Shown: positions 39,293 to 50,106, counted from the stretch's first letter. The stretch: DNA of 52,969 nt from an uncultured Deinococcaceae bacterium (GCA_964252075.1 CAXULY010000038.1:1-52969), one strand, 5' to 3'. Numbers and translations: made by a program. Notes: generated by a model from the sequence alone, not told the origin.

Positions 39293-40549
39293 ATGCGGGG
39301 TGTTCTAATAGCGGTCACGAGAATGCTTCATTCACGGGTGAGCCAGAATTTTCTGATACTCTTCCTGCGTTTTCTAGTTCAATTTCTAAGTTTTTTTTTA
39401 GTAGCTCGCTCTCTTCTGCCCGACGAATTTGGTGCGTTTGCGACGGCGCTGAGCGTTTCTATAATTGTTGGTCCGTTGGTTGAGTTGGGTGGGTTCTCGC
39501 TTGCCGCAAGTGGCGTGGCTAACGGACAATCGCCTAATTATGCTTTAGCGATGTATTTCTTTCCAGGTTTACGAATGGCAGTTTTTGGTGTTTTTATTTC
39601 ACTGGCCATTATATACGTTGTTTTGAAAGGTGATTTTTTATTGATGGCTGCCTTTGTCATTTTAGGGGAAGTTGCAGCTAATCGACTGAATAATATTGTT
39701 AGCTCTGTACATATTGCGGCTGATAAGACATATATAAACCTCCGCGCCGAGATTATGGCTACCGTACTACGTGTGACAGGGGCACTTGTGGTTGTCGTAT
39801 TACACACTGGTGTATTGTCATGGGCAATGTTCAATTGTTTTGCGTACATTGTATCGTTATGCACCAATATTTTTATGCACACGAGGTATTTTGGTAAACT
39901 CGATCATAGAGTCGCTCCGACTTTACTTGCGTCTATAAAGAGCGGGTGGAGCTTTGCGCTTGGAATAAACGCGCAAACCATTTATTCTGAATCTGACAAG
40001 TCTGTATTAGCAAGGTGGGTGCCGTTAGATGTTGTTGGTTCGTATGGGGTTGGTACAAGAGTGATGAGCATGATTCTACTGCCTGTTCTAGCGGTGTTAA
40101 ATTCAATTCACCCCAGATTTTTTGATGAGTCTTTGAGTACGAATAGGCGTTTTGATATGGCGAATAGGGTTTCAGTTGCCGCGGCTCTATATGCCGCCGT
40201 AGCTGTCGTGTTAGTATTTTTTTCAAAGCCTATATTTGCATTTATTTTGCCGCGCTACGAAAACGCCTGGGAAATATCGCTATTTTTTGCGTTCAATTCT
40301 ATTGTTGTCGCTACTCATTTTGTATATGGCGACTTTCTAAGCGGAATAGGTTTGCAAAAGTCACGTGCACTTATGCAGATCGGTGCAGCAATGATAAGTT
40401 TAGCCGCTAATATAATGATCATTCCGAAGTATGGTTATCGCGGTTCGGCGCTAATTTATTTTATTGTACATTTGGTGTTGAGCAGTGCATTTTTTATTGT
40501 GGGCAAATCGGCTAAGGAAACTGTTGTAGTGACCAGGAGGACGGAGTGA
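39293..40549 (+). CDS. wzx: Wzx oligosaccharide flippase
   Basis: About 12 TM segments, ARSLLPDEFG, DKSVL...VGSYG, IIPKYGYRGSA. AT-rich; start may be 39323. Confidence 0.82.
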   Translation: MRGVLIAVTRMLHSRVSQNFLILFLRFLVQFLSFFLVARSLLPDEFGAFATALSVSIIVGPLVELGGFSLAASGVANGQSPNYALAMYFFPGLRMAVFGVFISLAIIYVVLKGDFLLMAAFVILGEVAANRLNNIVSSVHIAADKTYINLRAEIMATVLRVTGALVVVVLHTGVLSWAMFNCFAYIVSLCTNIFMHTRYFGKLDHRVAPTLLASIKSGWSFALGINAQTIYSESDKSVLARWVPLDVVGSYGVGTRVMSMILLPVLAVLNSIHPRFFDESLSTNRRFDMANRVSVAAALYAAVAVVLVFFSKPIFAFILPRYENAWEISLFFAFNSIVVATHFVYGDFLSGIGLQKSRALMQIGAAMISLAANIMIIPKYGYRGSALIYFIVHLVLSSAFFIVGKSAKETVVVTRRTE

Positions 40550-41568
40550 AGATTGTATACGCGATTCCTAGGCCTATGTCGATTATTTACGGTGGTTCTG
40601 AAGTACAGATGTCACAGACGCGTGCTAACATACAAAAATTAGGAGTTGATGTTGAGTTATTGGATTATTACAGTCGCGATCAACTAAAAAAGGTGGATGG
40701 AGTGCACATTTTTGGGAGCGATTCTAGCTTTTATCAGCTCGCACAGCTGATAAAAGCATATGGGCTGCCCCTTTTCGTTTCATCTATATACTACCCAGTC
40801 GGTAAGACGAGGATTTTGCAGCGATATTATAGTTTTATGCCTCGTACTTCCGACCAACTCAGAGCAAAAGTATTGCGGATGGCGGATATTGTGCTTCCCA
40901 ATTCAAATAGTGAAGCCCAGCTTCTTCATCTCGATTATAAGTTGCCGCTGTCTAATATACGGGTCGTACACAACGGAGTTGACAATAATATACGCAAAGG
41001 TGACGCGCAAAGTTTTTTGACAAAGTATCCACAATTTGCTGGCATCCGGTTCGTTTTATCAGTAGGCCGAATTGAAAAGAGAAAAAATAGCATTAACTTG
41101 ATTAAAGCTGCTAAAAATATTAATGCTCCAATTGTGTTTGTGGGTAAACCTGTTGATACCGAAACCGAATATGTGAAAAGATTTTTTGAAGAAGCAGCAG
41201 GTCACACCGCTCCTTTTTTACATATAGCCCATTTGAATCAAGATAATGGAGAGCTTGCGGACGCATACGCTGCATGCCATACACATGCTTTGGTAAGCTA
41301 TTTGGAGACTCCAGGTTTGGCGTCGCTTGAGGCAGGTTCCACGGGCGCCAATCTACTGGTTGGCGCTTGTGGGCCGGTAGAGGAATATTTTAGTGGCATT
41401 GCGGAAATTGTAGATCAGCATGACGTATATGATATAGCGCATAAACTCCAGCGGACATTAGTAGCGGACAGGGGTTACTATGGTCAGGAAAAGACGATTC
41501 AGCGACGGTTTACTTGGTCACAGTCTGCTGAAGATACGTTGAAGGCATATAGAGAAATCATAAAGTAG
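40546..41568 (+). CDS. Glycosyltransferase family 4
   Basis: VGRIEKRKN, ETPGLASLEA (E-x7-E). Confidence 0.9.
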   Translation: MKIVYAIPRPMSIIYGGSEVQMSQTRANIQKLGVDVELLDYYSRDQLKKVDGVHIFGSDSSFYQLAQLIKAYGLPLFVSSIYYPVGKTRILQRYYSFMPRTSDQLRAKVLRMADIVLPNSNSEAQLLHLDYKLPLSNIRVVHNGVDNNIRKGDAQSFLTKYPQFAGIRFVLSVGRIEKRKNSINLIKAAKNINAPIVFVGKPVDTETEYVKRFFEEAAGHTAPFLHIAHLNQDNGELADAYAACHTHALVSYLETPGLASLEAGSTGANLLVGACGPVEEYFSGIAEIVDQHDVYDIAHKLQRTLVADRGYYGQEKTIQRRFTWSQSAEDTLKAYREIIK

Positions 41569-41701
41569 ATTATAACGAAGTGAGGCTATACATATTATAA
41601 CTAACAGCACCGTCTGCAGATCTATTCAAAATATGGAAAAGTATATTAGCCGCCACATACTCCATTACTAGATTGGACAATGTACTACCTGGAGGGATTT
41701 T

Positions 41702-43021
41702 TTGAACGAGCTAAGCAGTCTATCAAATATTTTAATTATGTTTGGTTTGATGTCATCCGTTGTTTGTCTATATATAGCGTGGCCTAGCTACAAAAATGTT
41801 ATTGCTCATATTCAGCTGGGGTTTTCTGTAACAGCATATATTATAGGCTCGTTAACAACTGACTTAGGAGAAAAGGCGTCTGCTGCTAATGTGATGACAT
41901 ATACATGGATTCTTCTTATCGGAGGATTTGCATTAGCGTCTGGTTCGTTGATTGGTTCTATAGTTGTGATACCGACATTTAACAAGCACGTGCTTAAGAT
42001 AACCAATATAGAAAGATCTCAAGGTATAGACACTTTAAGGCGTATCTCCATAATTACATTGACAGCAGCGAGTCTGCTTATGCTTATCTGCTTCTACTTT
42101 ATGGGCTTTATACCCTTTTTTGCTGATGACCCTTTAGATGCAAAATTTTTTAGGGGGGACTATCGAACCTCGTATGAACGAGTTGCTTTATTGTATCGCG
42201 GAGCATATTTAACATTAGTAAGTATATTACCTGTCATGTTGACAGTATGGTGGTTAAGGAAGCGAGATATTATATCATTAGCACTCTCTATAAGCGGAAC
42301 CGCACTTATCTTCATTACTCTAAATAGAAGTTCAATTCTATCCGGGGTCATTATATTGATTGGTGTGATAATGTCTCGCAAAAAAATCACAGCACTAATA
42401 TTTTTAATGATGATTATGCTCATATATCCAATTGGTGGTTCACTATTTTATATATTAGGCTATTTAACTGGTAAAGAACAGTTTTCTGACATATACAACA
42501 CAACATCCATTTGGTCATTGTTCGTTTCGGGTGCTCCAGACGTTTCGGACCAGTTAACCTTTTTTCAGAGATACATGTCAGAACCGACGTTAACATATGG
42601 CCGTACGTTTCTTGGCGGCTTAATACCGTACCATTTTCAATGGAATCCAGCTGTATGGACTTTGCAGATACAAAATCCGCGCACAAACCTTAATGACATT
42701 ACGTCTGGAGGATTGCGCCTGCCCGTTCAACTTTGGGGGTTCACCGCCTTTGGGTGGTTTGGTGTTGTATTAGTACCCCTCGTATCTGGATTCTTCACAG
42801 GTATATTTATGAGAATTGTCCGCAAAGTGTATTTGTCGTCGGGAATTGCTGCTTCCGTAATTGTAGTATTGCTTTTCAATTCTTACGGCTCATTGTTCTA
42901 CAACTATTACCTTCTTAGTCTGTACTCTATACCTGCAGTTGTGGTAACAATTTACTTGATAAATCATAGTTCTTCATACCCGAAAAGAATGAAAAAGACC
43001 GTAGGCAGCGCTGAGCGTTAG
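41702..43021 (+). CDS. wzy: Wzy-like polysaccharide polymerase (multi-TM)
   Basis: About 10-11 TM segments, large late periplasmic loop, FGWFG motif, AT-rich; TTG start after GGAGG. Confidence 0.68.
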   Translation: MNELSSLSNILIMFGLMSSVVCLYIAWPSYKNVIAHIQLGFSVTAYIIGSLTTDLGEKASAANVMTYTWILLIGGFALASGSLIGSIVVIPTFNKHVLKITNIERSQGIDTLRRISIITLTAASLLMLICFYFMGFIPFFADDPLDAKFFRGDYRTSYERVALLYRGAYLTLVSILPVMLTVWWLRKRDIISLALSISGTALIFITLNRSSILSGVIILIGVIMSRKKITALIFLMMIMLIYPIGGSLFYILGYLTGKEQFSDIYNTTSIWSLFVSGAPDVSDQLTFFQRYMSEPTLTYGRTFLGGLIPYHFQWNPAVWTLQIQNPRTNLNDITSGGLRLPVQLWGFTAFGWFGVVLVPLVSGFFTGIFMRIVRKVYLSSGIAASVIVVLLFNSYGSLFYNYYLLSLYSIPAVVVTIYLINHSSSYPKRMKKTVGSAER

Positions 43022-43030
43022 TGAGGGAGC

Positions 43031-44056
43031 ATGACAAACATTGAAACCGTCGTAAATGGCCGCGCATTGGATGGTGCCTTGACAGGAGTCCAGCGATACT
43101 CGCATGAAGTTCTGTCTCGCCTGGCCAGCCCACCTCCAACTATTCACCCTCAAAGGGTCATGGCCGGTCCTTTGGGTCACTTGTGGGAACAAGTTGAACT
43201 GCCTCGCTTGGTCGGGAAGCAACTTCTTTGGAGCCCAGCCAATACCGGCCCATTAGCGGTTGCGCGCCAAGTAGTTACCATTCACGATGCGGCACCACTT
43301 GACGAGCCCAAATGGTTTGATCGTCGTTTCGCGCAGTGGTACCAATTCTTATGGCCGCGCTTGATGCGCCGTGTTCGCTTCGTGCTGACAGTCTCAGCCT
43401 TTTCCCGTGCCCGCCTTGTACATCACGTTCCTGAGGCAGCACATAAAGTCATCGTGACTCCACTCGGTGTGGACGGACGATTTTTTGCGCCATATCAAGA
43501 GGAAGGCATCCGAATGCGTTATGCCCTTCCTGAGCGCTACATCCTTTCTTTGGGATCACTGGAGCCACGCAAGAATCTGGGCCGGCTCTTTGCTGCTTGG
43601 CACGCCTGGAACGACCGTCCGAACGACCTGAAACTGGTTGTCGTGGGTGGGGCAGGCAAAGTGTTCAGCAGTGTTGGCTTTGACAAATTGCCAGCCGGGG
43701 TCGAGTTGCTCGGGCGAGTGGATGATGCAGAATTGCCAGCGCTTTACAGCAAAGCGATGGCATTTGTTTTTCCGTCGCTCTATGAGGGCTTTGGCCTCCC
43801 ACCCCTGGAGGCAATGGCAAGTGGCACTCCAGTTGTATGCTCGACGGCCGCGTCATTACCGGAGGTTACCGCAGAGGCGTGTTTAGGTATCGACCCGTTG
43901 GAGACGACGAGCATTCTGGCCGGGCTACGTCGCATTTCTAGGGATCACGTTTTACGAGAGGAACTGTCTGCCGCGGGTCGTGAGCGTGCGCGGCGCTTTG
44001 ATTGGAGCACCACCGCAGAGCTGACTCAGCAGGTGCTGGATGCGGCGGTGCGTTAG
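43031..44056 (+). CDS. Glycosyltransferase family 4 (mannosyltransferase-like)
   Basis: TGVQRY, TIHD, GSLEPRKN, FPSLYEGFGLPPLEAM. Confidence 0.92.
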   Translation: MTNIETVVNGRALDGALTGVQRYSHEVLSRLASPPPTIHPQRVMAGPLGHLWEQVELPRLVGKQLLWSPANTGPLAVARQVVTIHDAAPLDEPKWFDRRFAQWYQFLWPRLMRRVRFVLTVSAFSRARLVHHVPEAAHKVIVTPLGVDGRFFAPYQEEGIRMRYALPERYILSLGSLEPRKNLGRLFAAWHAWNDRPNDLKLVVVGGAGKVFSSVGFDKLPAGVELLGRVDDAELPALYSKAMAFVFPSLYEGFGLPPLEAMASGTPVVCSTAASLPEVTAEACLGIDPLETTSILAGLRRISRDHVLREELSAAGRERARRFDWSTTAELTQQVLDAAVR

Positions 44057-44065
44057 GATGGCCGG

Positions 44066-45220
44066 ATGAAAACTGCCCTTATTCACGACTGGCTTGTCAA
44101 TTATGCGGGCTCAGAAAAAGTGGTGGAGGAGATACTGAACGTTTTGCCTCGCGCACCTATCTACACCTTATTTTACCAGCCCGAAAAGTTTAAAGGCACC
44201 CGCATTGCTGGGCAACCCGTTTTCACCTCAGGGTTGGAGCGGCTGCCCCTGGCGCATGAGCAATATCAAACCTACCTACCTTTTATGCCTTACGCCATCG
44301 AACAGTTCAACCTTGACGCTTATGATCTAATTGTTTCAAGCAGCCATGCAGTCGCTAAAGGTGTGCGGGTCAATGCGGATCAACTACACATCAGTTATGT
44401 TCATACACCCATTCGCTATGTATGGGACCTGTATCAACAGTACTTGCAAGAAACAGGACTGAACCGAGGCACAAAGGGACGATTGGCTCGAGCTTTACTG
44501 CATTATGTTCGCCTGTGGGACAGCACTACCGCCAACCGGGTTGATGTGTTCCTGGCGAACTCTCATTACGTGGCCAAACGTATATGGCGTACATACCGCC
44601 GTCCTGCAAAAGTACTGTACCCACCGGTTGACATAGGGCGTTTCGACGCTACGCAGCCACGTGAGGACTTTTATCTCGCGATGTCGCGCTTTGCTCCTTA
44701 TAAAAAAATGGATTTAATCGCCGAAACATTCACGCATTTGGGCCGACCACTGGTCATGATTGGCGATGGTCCAGAACGGCCGCGCGTGGCGGCTCTGGCC
44801 GGTCCTAATATCACCTTCCTTGGGCGACAACCTGACGAGGTTGTAGCTGATTACATGGCGCGTTGCAGCGCCTTCGTCTTTGCAGCAGACGAGGACTTTG
44901 GAATTGTGCCAGTCGAGGCTCAAGCTGCAGGCGCACCAGTCCTTGCCTTTGGCAAGGGCGGTGCCTTGGAAACCATTATCAACGAAGAAACTGGGCTGTT
45001 CTTTTCCGAGCAATCTGTGGCAAGCCTCACCGATGCCGTCATGCGCTTTGAAGCAGGCCCTTCACTGGATGCTCAAAAGTGCAGGCGGAATGCAGAAAGA
45101 TTTGGTCCTGAACGCTTCAGGACCGAATTCAAGATCATTCTTTCTACTGCGCAGGCTGCTTTTAGGGAAGGTGAAAACCCTGAAGCGGCTGTCATGGCCC
45201 TCGACATGGAACATGTATGA
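44066..45220 (+). CDS. Glycosyltransferase family 4 (WbaZ-like)
   Basis: HDWL...[32 protein letters not shown]. Confidence 0.92.
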   Translation: MKTALIHDWLVNYAGSEKVVEEILNVLPRAPIYTLFYQPEKFKGTRIAGQPVFTSGLERLPLAHEQYQTYLPFMPYAIEQFNLDAYDLIVSSSHAVAKGVRVNADQLHISYVHTPIRYVWDLYQQYLQETGLNRGTKGRLARALLHYVRLWDSTTANRVDVFLANSHYVAKRIWRTYRRPAKVLYPPVDIGRFDATQPREDFYLAMSRFAPYKKMDLIAETFTHLGRPLVMIGDGPERPRVAALAGPNITFLGRQPDEVVADYMARCSAFVFAADEDFGIVPVEAQAAGAPVLAFGKGGALETIINEETGLFFSEQSVASLTDAVMRFEAGPSLDAQKCRRNAERFGPERFRTEFKIILSTAQAAFREGENPEAAVMALDMEHV

Positions 45221-46245
45221 ACCACGTTCTGGTGACTGGCGGCTGCGGTTTCATTGGCTGCAACTTCGTTCGCTATTGGTTGAGACGGCACCCTGAATCG
45301 AAAATCACAGTGCTGGACAAGCTGACATACGCAGGTCGCCGTAACAACCTCAAAGATGTGTTGAACAGCTCGCGCTTATCCTTGGTGATAGGTGATATAG
45401 GGGACCACGCCCTAGTGCACCGTGAGTGCTCCACGCGTGGCATTGACCTGATCATCAATTTCGCTGCAGAGACACATGTAGACCGGAGTGTTCTCGGCCC
45501 GCTGGTGTTCACGGACACCAATGTGCGTGGCACGCATGTGCTGCTTGAGGTCGCGCGTGACCTGGCCATTCGCTTCCATCACATCTCCACAGATGAGGTG
45601 TACGGCGACATTGCAGCGGGTCACCAGAGCGTGGAGACCGACCCGTTGAAGCCACGCAACCCGTACAGTGCCAGCAAGGCAGCGGCAGACCAGTTGGTCA
45701 CCGCCTACTTCACCACCTACGGACTTCCCACCACCATCACGCGTGCGGCAAACAACGTGGGGCCATATCAGCACCCGGAAAAAGCCGTACCGCTGTTCGC
45801 CACCAACGTCTTACTGAATGAGCCCCTGCCTGTATACGGAGATGGTTTGCAGATGCGCGATTACATGCACGTCTTTGACCATTGCTCGGGCATTGAGGCT
45901 GTACTGCTGCATGGGCAACCCGGCGAGGTGTACAACGTGGGCACTGGATACGAGATGACCAACCTAGAGATGGTGAACATTGTATTGGAGACGTTGAGTG
46001 GAAACAGCAGTCTTGTGCGACTTGTGACGGACCGTCCTGGTCATGATCGCCGCTACAGCATGAACATCGACAAGCTCTGTACCCTTGGGTGGTCGCCCGA
46101 GTACGAGCCTCGCGCAGCGGTGGTGGAGGCCGCGCGCTGGTACGTCAGAAACCGCGCGTGGTGGGAATCCGTTCGTAATAATGCATTCCGCGATTACTAC
46201 GAGCGACAGTATACTGAGCGGCTCGCTGGCGCGGGTCTGACATGA
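45217..46245 (+). CDS. rmlB: dTDP-glucose 4,6-dehydratase
   Basis: [43 protein letters not shown]. Confidence 0.95.
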   Translation: MNHVLVTGGCGFIGCNFVRYWLRRHPESKITVLDKLTYAGRRNNLKDVLNSSRLSLVIGDIGDHALVHRECSTRGIDLIINFAAETHVDRSVLGPLVFTDTNVRGTHVLLEVARDLAIRFHHISTDEVYGDIAAGHQSVETDPLKPRNPYSASKAAADQLVTAYFTTYGLPTTITRAANNVGPYQHPEKAVPLFATNVLLNEPLPVYGDGLQMRDYMHVFDHCSGIEAVLLHGQPGEVYNVGTGYEMTNLEMVNIVLETLSGNSSLVRLVTDRPGHDRRYSMNIDKLCTLGWSPEYEPRAAVVEAARWYVRNRAWWESVRNNAFRDYYERQYTERLAGAGLT

Positions 46246-46589
46246 CAGCCGTGCAGGAGCGCCGTGATGTCCTCTCAGGTGCTGTCACTTCAGTCATGCG
46301 CCTCTACACAGTGGGGCTGGAGAGGGGCAATCAGTTGCGGTTACTCGATGGTAGACTCAATCTTCACATTCCATTTGCTCGGCTGGTTTTAGGTGGGCAC
46401 CACACGGAATACGCGCCGCATATTGAAAACGTACACGTGGGTATGACCCACACGAGCCCCAATGACTTGTTCGCAAGTGACCCAAACCCGTACTCCGAGG
46501 ACGAGCCGCTCGGCTCGCCAGCGTATATGGCCTCGCGCGCCGCAGGCGCCCTGACGTGCAACTTGGTCCCCGAGGAGCTGCGGGCGTGA
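46242..46589 (+). pseudogene. Degenerate ORF, possibly a decayed glycosyltransferase remnant
   Basis: Translationally coupled to rmlB (ATGA). 115 aa with only faint GT-B-like fragments (ARLVLGG, ENVHVG, DLF). Confidence 0.3.
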
Positions 46590-46650
46590 ACCTCAATGCT
46601 GACGTGAGCCTTGACACTGCGCGCTGGCGGGACCTGCGGCGGACCCTCAC

Positions 46651-47145
46651 GTGACCCTGGACCTCAGCCGCAAGCTGCCGTCCGGCTGGATGACCGATGG
46701 CTTCACCGAGCCACGCTCCGATGGCGTGAACTGGTTCCGGGCCCTGGAGTCCGAAGGCACCCTCACGCTGCAGGCTCGCACGCCCACCTTCGTGACCCTG
46801 CGCTTTCAGACGTACTCCAGCACAGGCGCTTACACGCTGTCCGCCACGATGAATGGCCGCACGCTGCTTGAAGAAACGGCGGCGCGAGCGGACTACCACA
46901 ACGCCTACGTGAACCTTCGCCTCGCCCCTGGAGCCAGCGCTGTGCGGTTTCAGGTGCGGTGCGCGGGCGGCGCTTCGTGCCTGCCCGTGCAGGTGTACCA
47001 CCTGAGCAGTCAGACCGTCGTGGCGCGCGCGGTGACCGCCAGTTCGCTGTTCCTCAGCGTGTTGCTGGCCATTCTGCTGATGAGCGCCGCGGCGTGGTTC
47101 CTGCTGGGTCGCCCAAAACGTTCTCTGGACCCGTCACGAGGCTGA
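46651..47145 (+). CDS. Hypothetical beta-rich domain with a C-terminal TM anchor (N-terminus probably disrupted)
   Basis: Host-like codon usage, Cys pair, C-terminal hydrophobic helix followed by basic residues; no signal peptide. Confidence 0.55.
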   Translation: MTLDLSRKLPSGWMTDGFTEPRSDGVNWFRALESEGTLTLQARTPTFVTLRFQTYSSTGAYTLSATMNGRTLLEETAARADYHNAYVNLRLAPGASAVRFQVRCAGGASCLPVQVYHLSSQTVVARAVTASSLFLSVLLAILLMSAAAWFLLGRPKRSLDPSRG

Positions 47146-48277
47146 GGCCGAGCACCACCCACGCGAGTTCCGCAAAGTGCGGGCTGGGCACCGCGATCAC
47201 CACATCCACGAGGTTCATGGCGGTGAAGCCCCAGAAGACCGCCACCAGCAGGCTGTCGCGACTGCGCCAGGTGCGCCACGCGCCCAGCAGAAACACCGCC
47301 AGGTACCCCAGCGCCCCAATCACGCCGGTCTCGGCCAGCACGTGCAGGGCGGCGTTGTGCGCGATGAGCCACGCGCCCGTGTAGGGGCGCAGCCACGCCG
47401 GGCAGTGAATGCCGTTCTGCTCCAGCACCGGGTTGAGGGTGCAGCCGTCCTTGTACAGGAACGTGAGGTAAGGCCCCAGCTGGTAGGGGCCGCTGCCGCC
47501 CGCTGGGTTGAACTGGAAGGCGTCCCAGGCGTTCTGCCACACCTCGTCCCGACCCGTGAGGCCGCCCGTCGCGAGGCGCTCCAGGGGGTTCACGGCCCTC
47601 AGTTGCGGCACCAGCCCGAAAGCGGCCACGCCAATGAGCAGCAGGGGAATCAGGAGGCGCAGGAAGTGCCGCCCACCATTCAGGGTGGCGGCCACAATGC
47701 CGATCACGAAGGCCAGCAGCGGCCCGCGGCTGCCCGTGGCGACCATCGTGATGGTGGCGAGCGCGCCCACCGGGATGCGCCACCAGGGACTCGCGCCGCG
47801 CCAGGACACCACCAGCCACAGGCAGATGGCGCCCAGCAGGCCCAGCGACACGATGTAGTAGTAGGGGTGACTCAGGCGCCCCTGCACCCCCGGCAGGCCG
47901 AGCGTCACGAGGGTGTAGATCCAGGCGGTCCCGAACACCAGCGTGTACCCCCACACCAGAGGGCGCAGGCGGCGACTGTCGCGCAGCCACACGCCCGCTG
48001 AGATCATGGCGAGCAGGAACAGCACGCGCGCGGCGGCCAGCACCAGCGAGGCCAGCGGCCTGGGCGTGAAGAGCGCCGCCGTCAGTTGCGTGACGGCGAA
48101 GAACAGCAGCACCCAGCGCATCACACACGGCAGGTCCCGCAGGCTGCGCAGTCCCCCGAACGCCACGAGGTACAGAGGAGGGAAGACGGGCGTCAGCCCG
48201 ATGACCCACGGCAGCCAGCGCGGCGCGGCCTTCACGATGGCGTGCGCCTCCGGGCGCTCGGGTGTGGTGACGCTCAC
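47054..48277 (-). CDS. O-antigen ligase (Wzy_C) family protein / O-oligosaccharyltransferase-like
   Basis: TGSRG, TGRDEVW, GSG, AHN...LAETGVIG. TATACT -10 box 7 nt before GTG 48277. Confidence 0.88.
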   Translation of the reverse strand: MSVTTPERPEAHAIVKAAPRWLPWVIGLTPVFPPLYLVAFGGLRSLRDLPCVMRWVLLFFAVTQLTAALFTPRPLASLVLAAARVLFLLAMISAGVWLRDSRRLRPLVWGYTLVFGTAWIYTLVTLGLPGVQGRLSHPYYYIVSLGLLGAICLWLVVSWRGASPWWRIPVGALATITMVATGSRGPLLAFVIGIVAATLNGGRHFLRLLIPLLLIGVAAFGLVPQLRAVNPLERLATGGLTGRDEVWQNAWDAFQFNPAGGSGPYQLGPYLTFLYKDGCTLNPVLEQNGIHCPAWLRPYTGAWLIAHNAALHVLAETGVIGALGYLAVFLLGAWRTWRSRDSLLVAVFWGFTAMNLVDVVIAVPSPHFAELAWVVLGLSLVTGPENVLGDPAGTTPRRSSAEWPATR

Positions 48278-48321
48278 GCGGCGCAGTATAGCGCCGCCCC
48301 CATGACGGCTTTCCTGGGCAG

Positions 48322-48353
48322 AAAAAGCGCCCTCACCGGAGTGAGGGCGCTTT
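48322..48353 (-). terminator. Intrinsic terminator of tRNA-Glu
   Basis: AAAGCGCCCTCAC-CGGA-GTGAGGGCGCTTT with a U-tract on the minus strand. Confidence 0.88.
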
Positions 48354-48355
48354 CG

Positions 48356-48430
<75 letters not shown>

Positions 48431-48496
48431 ACACCCTTCAGCTTGTGCTTACACACTGCGCTGCCTCTCAAGGCTGCCCGTTTTTGGGCAAGGGCA

Positions 48497-48525
48497 ATAC
48501 TAGCGGCTGGATGACGAATGGTCAA
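48497..48525 (-). promoter_or_regulatory. sigma70 promoter of tRNA-Glu
   Basis: TTGACC-17 nt-TAGTAT on the minus strand. Confidence 0.75.
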
Positions 48526-48681
48526 GCCATCACTAACGGCACGACGGGGCAACGCACAGGCAAACGGTAAGCGGCAGGGTGACCGGCCATTCGTGACGAG
48601 GTACCTTTGATGGATCACCCCGTATACTTGACCGCGCTGAGCTGCGGGCGGGAAGCAAGCAGCCCTGAAGCGGGAGGGTGA

Positions 48682-50097
48682 ATGGGGATTGTGTTCGGGA
48701 CGGACGGGTGGCGGGACATCATCGCGGACGGCTTTACCTACGCCAGTGTGCGCCAGGTGGCTGCCGCGCACGCGCAGGTGCTGCGGCAGCAGGGAGGGCG
48801 GGCGGTGGTCGTGGCGTTCGACACGCGCTTCCAGGGTGCGGGCTTCGCGTGGGCCGCCGCCGAGACGCTCGCCGCGCACGGCCTGCACGTGCACCTCGCG
48901 CCCACCTTCCTGCCCACCCCGGTCCTGTCCTACGCGGTGGTGCACCTCCAGGCGGCGGGCGGCGTCATGATCACCGCCAGCCACAACCCCCCGCAGTACA
49001 GCGGCTACAAGGTCAAGGGGGCGTACGGCGGGAGCGCCACCCCCGCCCTCGTGCAGGCCATCGAGGCGGCCCTCCAGACGCCTGAGCCGTACACGGGGCC
49101 CGCGGGCCGCATCGAGCCTTTCGACGTGCAGGGGGCGTACTTCGCGCAGCTTGACCACCTGCTGGATCTGCCGACGCTGCGCCAGTACCGGGGGCGGTTC
49201 ATGCACGACGCGATGGGGGGCGCGGGCGCCGGGTGGCTGGAAGCGTACCTGCAGTCCCGCGCCATCCCCGTGGCGTTCGAGGGCGTGCGGCAGGAGCCCA
49301 CGCCGCTGTTCTACGGGGTCAACCCCGAGCCGGTACCGCAGAACCTCGCGGTCCTTGCGGAACGTCTGGCGGGCGAGTCCGGCATGACCTTCGCGGCCGT
49401 GACGGACGGCGACGCGGACCGGGTGGGGGCCGTGACGGCGGGCGGGCGGTTCTTCAACAGCCACCAGATCTTCGCGGTGCTGCTCGCGCACCTGCACCGC
49501 CGGGGGCTGCGCGGACGCGTGGTGAAGACCGTGTCCGGCAGCAGCCTCATCGACCGCCTCGCGACCACGCTGGACCTGCCGCTGCTGGAGACGCCGGTGG
49601 GCTTCAAGTTCATCACGGACGCCTTCCTGGAGGGTCAACTGGACGAGCGCCTGGCGGTCATGATTGGCGGGGAGGAATCCGGGGGGCTGTCCATGCGGGG
49701 GCACATCCCAGAGCGTGACGGGCTGCTGAACAGCTTGCTGCTGCTGGAGGCGGTCGCCGCGAGCGGCGCGGGGCTCGACGCCCAGTTCGCGGCGCTGGAG
49801 GCGCAGACCGGGTTCCGGCACGTGTACGGGCGCAATGACCTGCATCTGCAGGACGGCTACGACAAGGCGGCGCTGCTGGCGCGCGCGCGCGCCTACCGCG
49901 AGGTGGGTGGGCACCCGGTGACGGGCGTGAACGACAGGGACGGCGTGAAGCTGCTGCTGGACGGCGGCACGGCGTTCGCGATGTTCCGTGCGAGCGGCAC
50001 GGAGCCCGTGGTGCGCGTGTATGTGGAGGCGCAGAGCGACGCGGACCTGCAGGTCATCCTGCAGGACGCCACCCGGCGGGTCACGGACGAACGCTGA
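48682..50097 (+). CDS. manB: Phosphomannomutase/phosphoglucomutase
   Basis: FGTDGWR, ITASHNP, DGDADR, GGEESGG, RASGTEP. Confidence 0.92.
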   Translation: MGIVFGTDGWRDIIADGFTYASVRQVAAAHAQVLRQQGGRAVVVAFDTRFQGAGFAWAAAETLAAHGLHVHLAPTFLPTPVLSYAVVHLQAAGGVMITASHNPPQYSGYKVKGAYGGSATPALVQAIEAALQTPEPYTGPAGRIEPFDVQGAYFAQLDHLLDLPTLRQYRGRFMHDAMGGAGAGWLEAYLQSRAIPVAFEGVRQEPTPLFYGVNPEPVPQNLAVLAERLAGESGMTFAAVTDGDADRVGAVTAGGRFFNSHQIFAVLLAHLHRRGLRGRVVKTVSGSSLIDRLATTLDLPLLETPVGFKFITDAFLEGQLDERLAVMIGGEESGGLSMRGHIPERDGLLNSLLLLEAVAASGAGLDAQFAALEAQTGFRHVYGRNDLHLQDGYDKAALLARARAYREVGGHPVTGVNDRDGVKLLLDGGTAFAMFRASGTEPVVRVYVEAQSDADLQVILQDATRRVTDER

Positions 50098-50106
50098 CGC
50101 GCTGGG

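Noticed and set aside
46242..46589. rmlC expected downstream of rmlB
   Set aside because: No cupin motifs (RGxH, AHG) are present.
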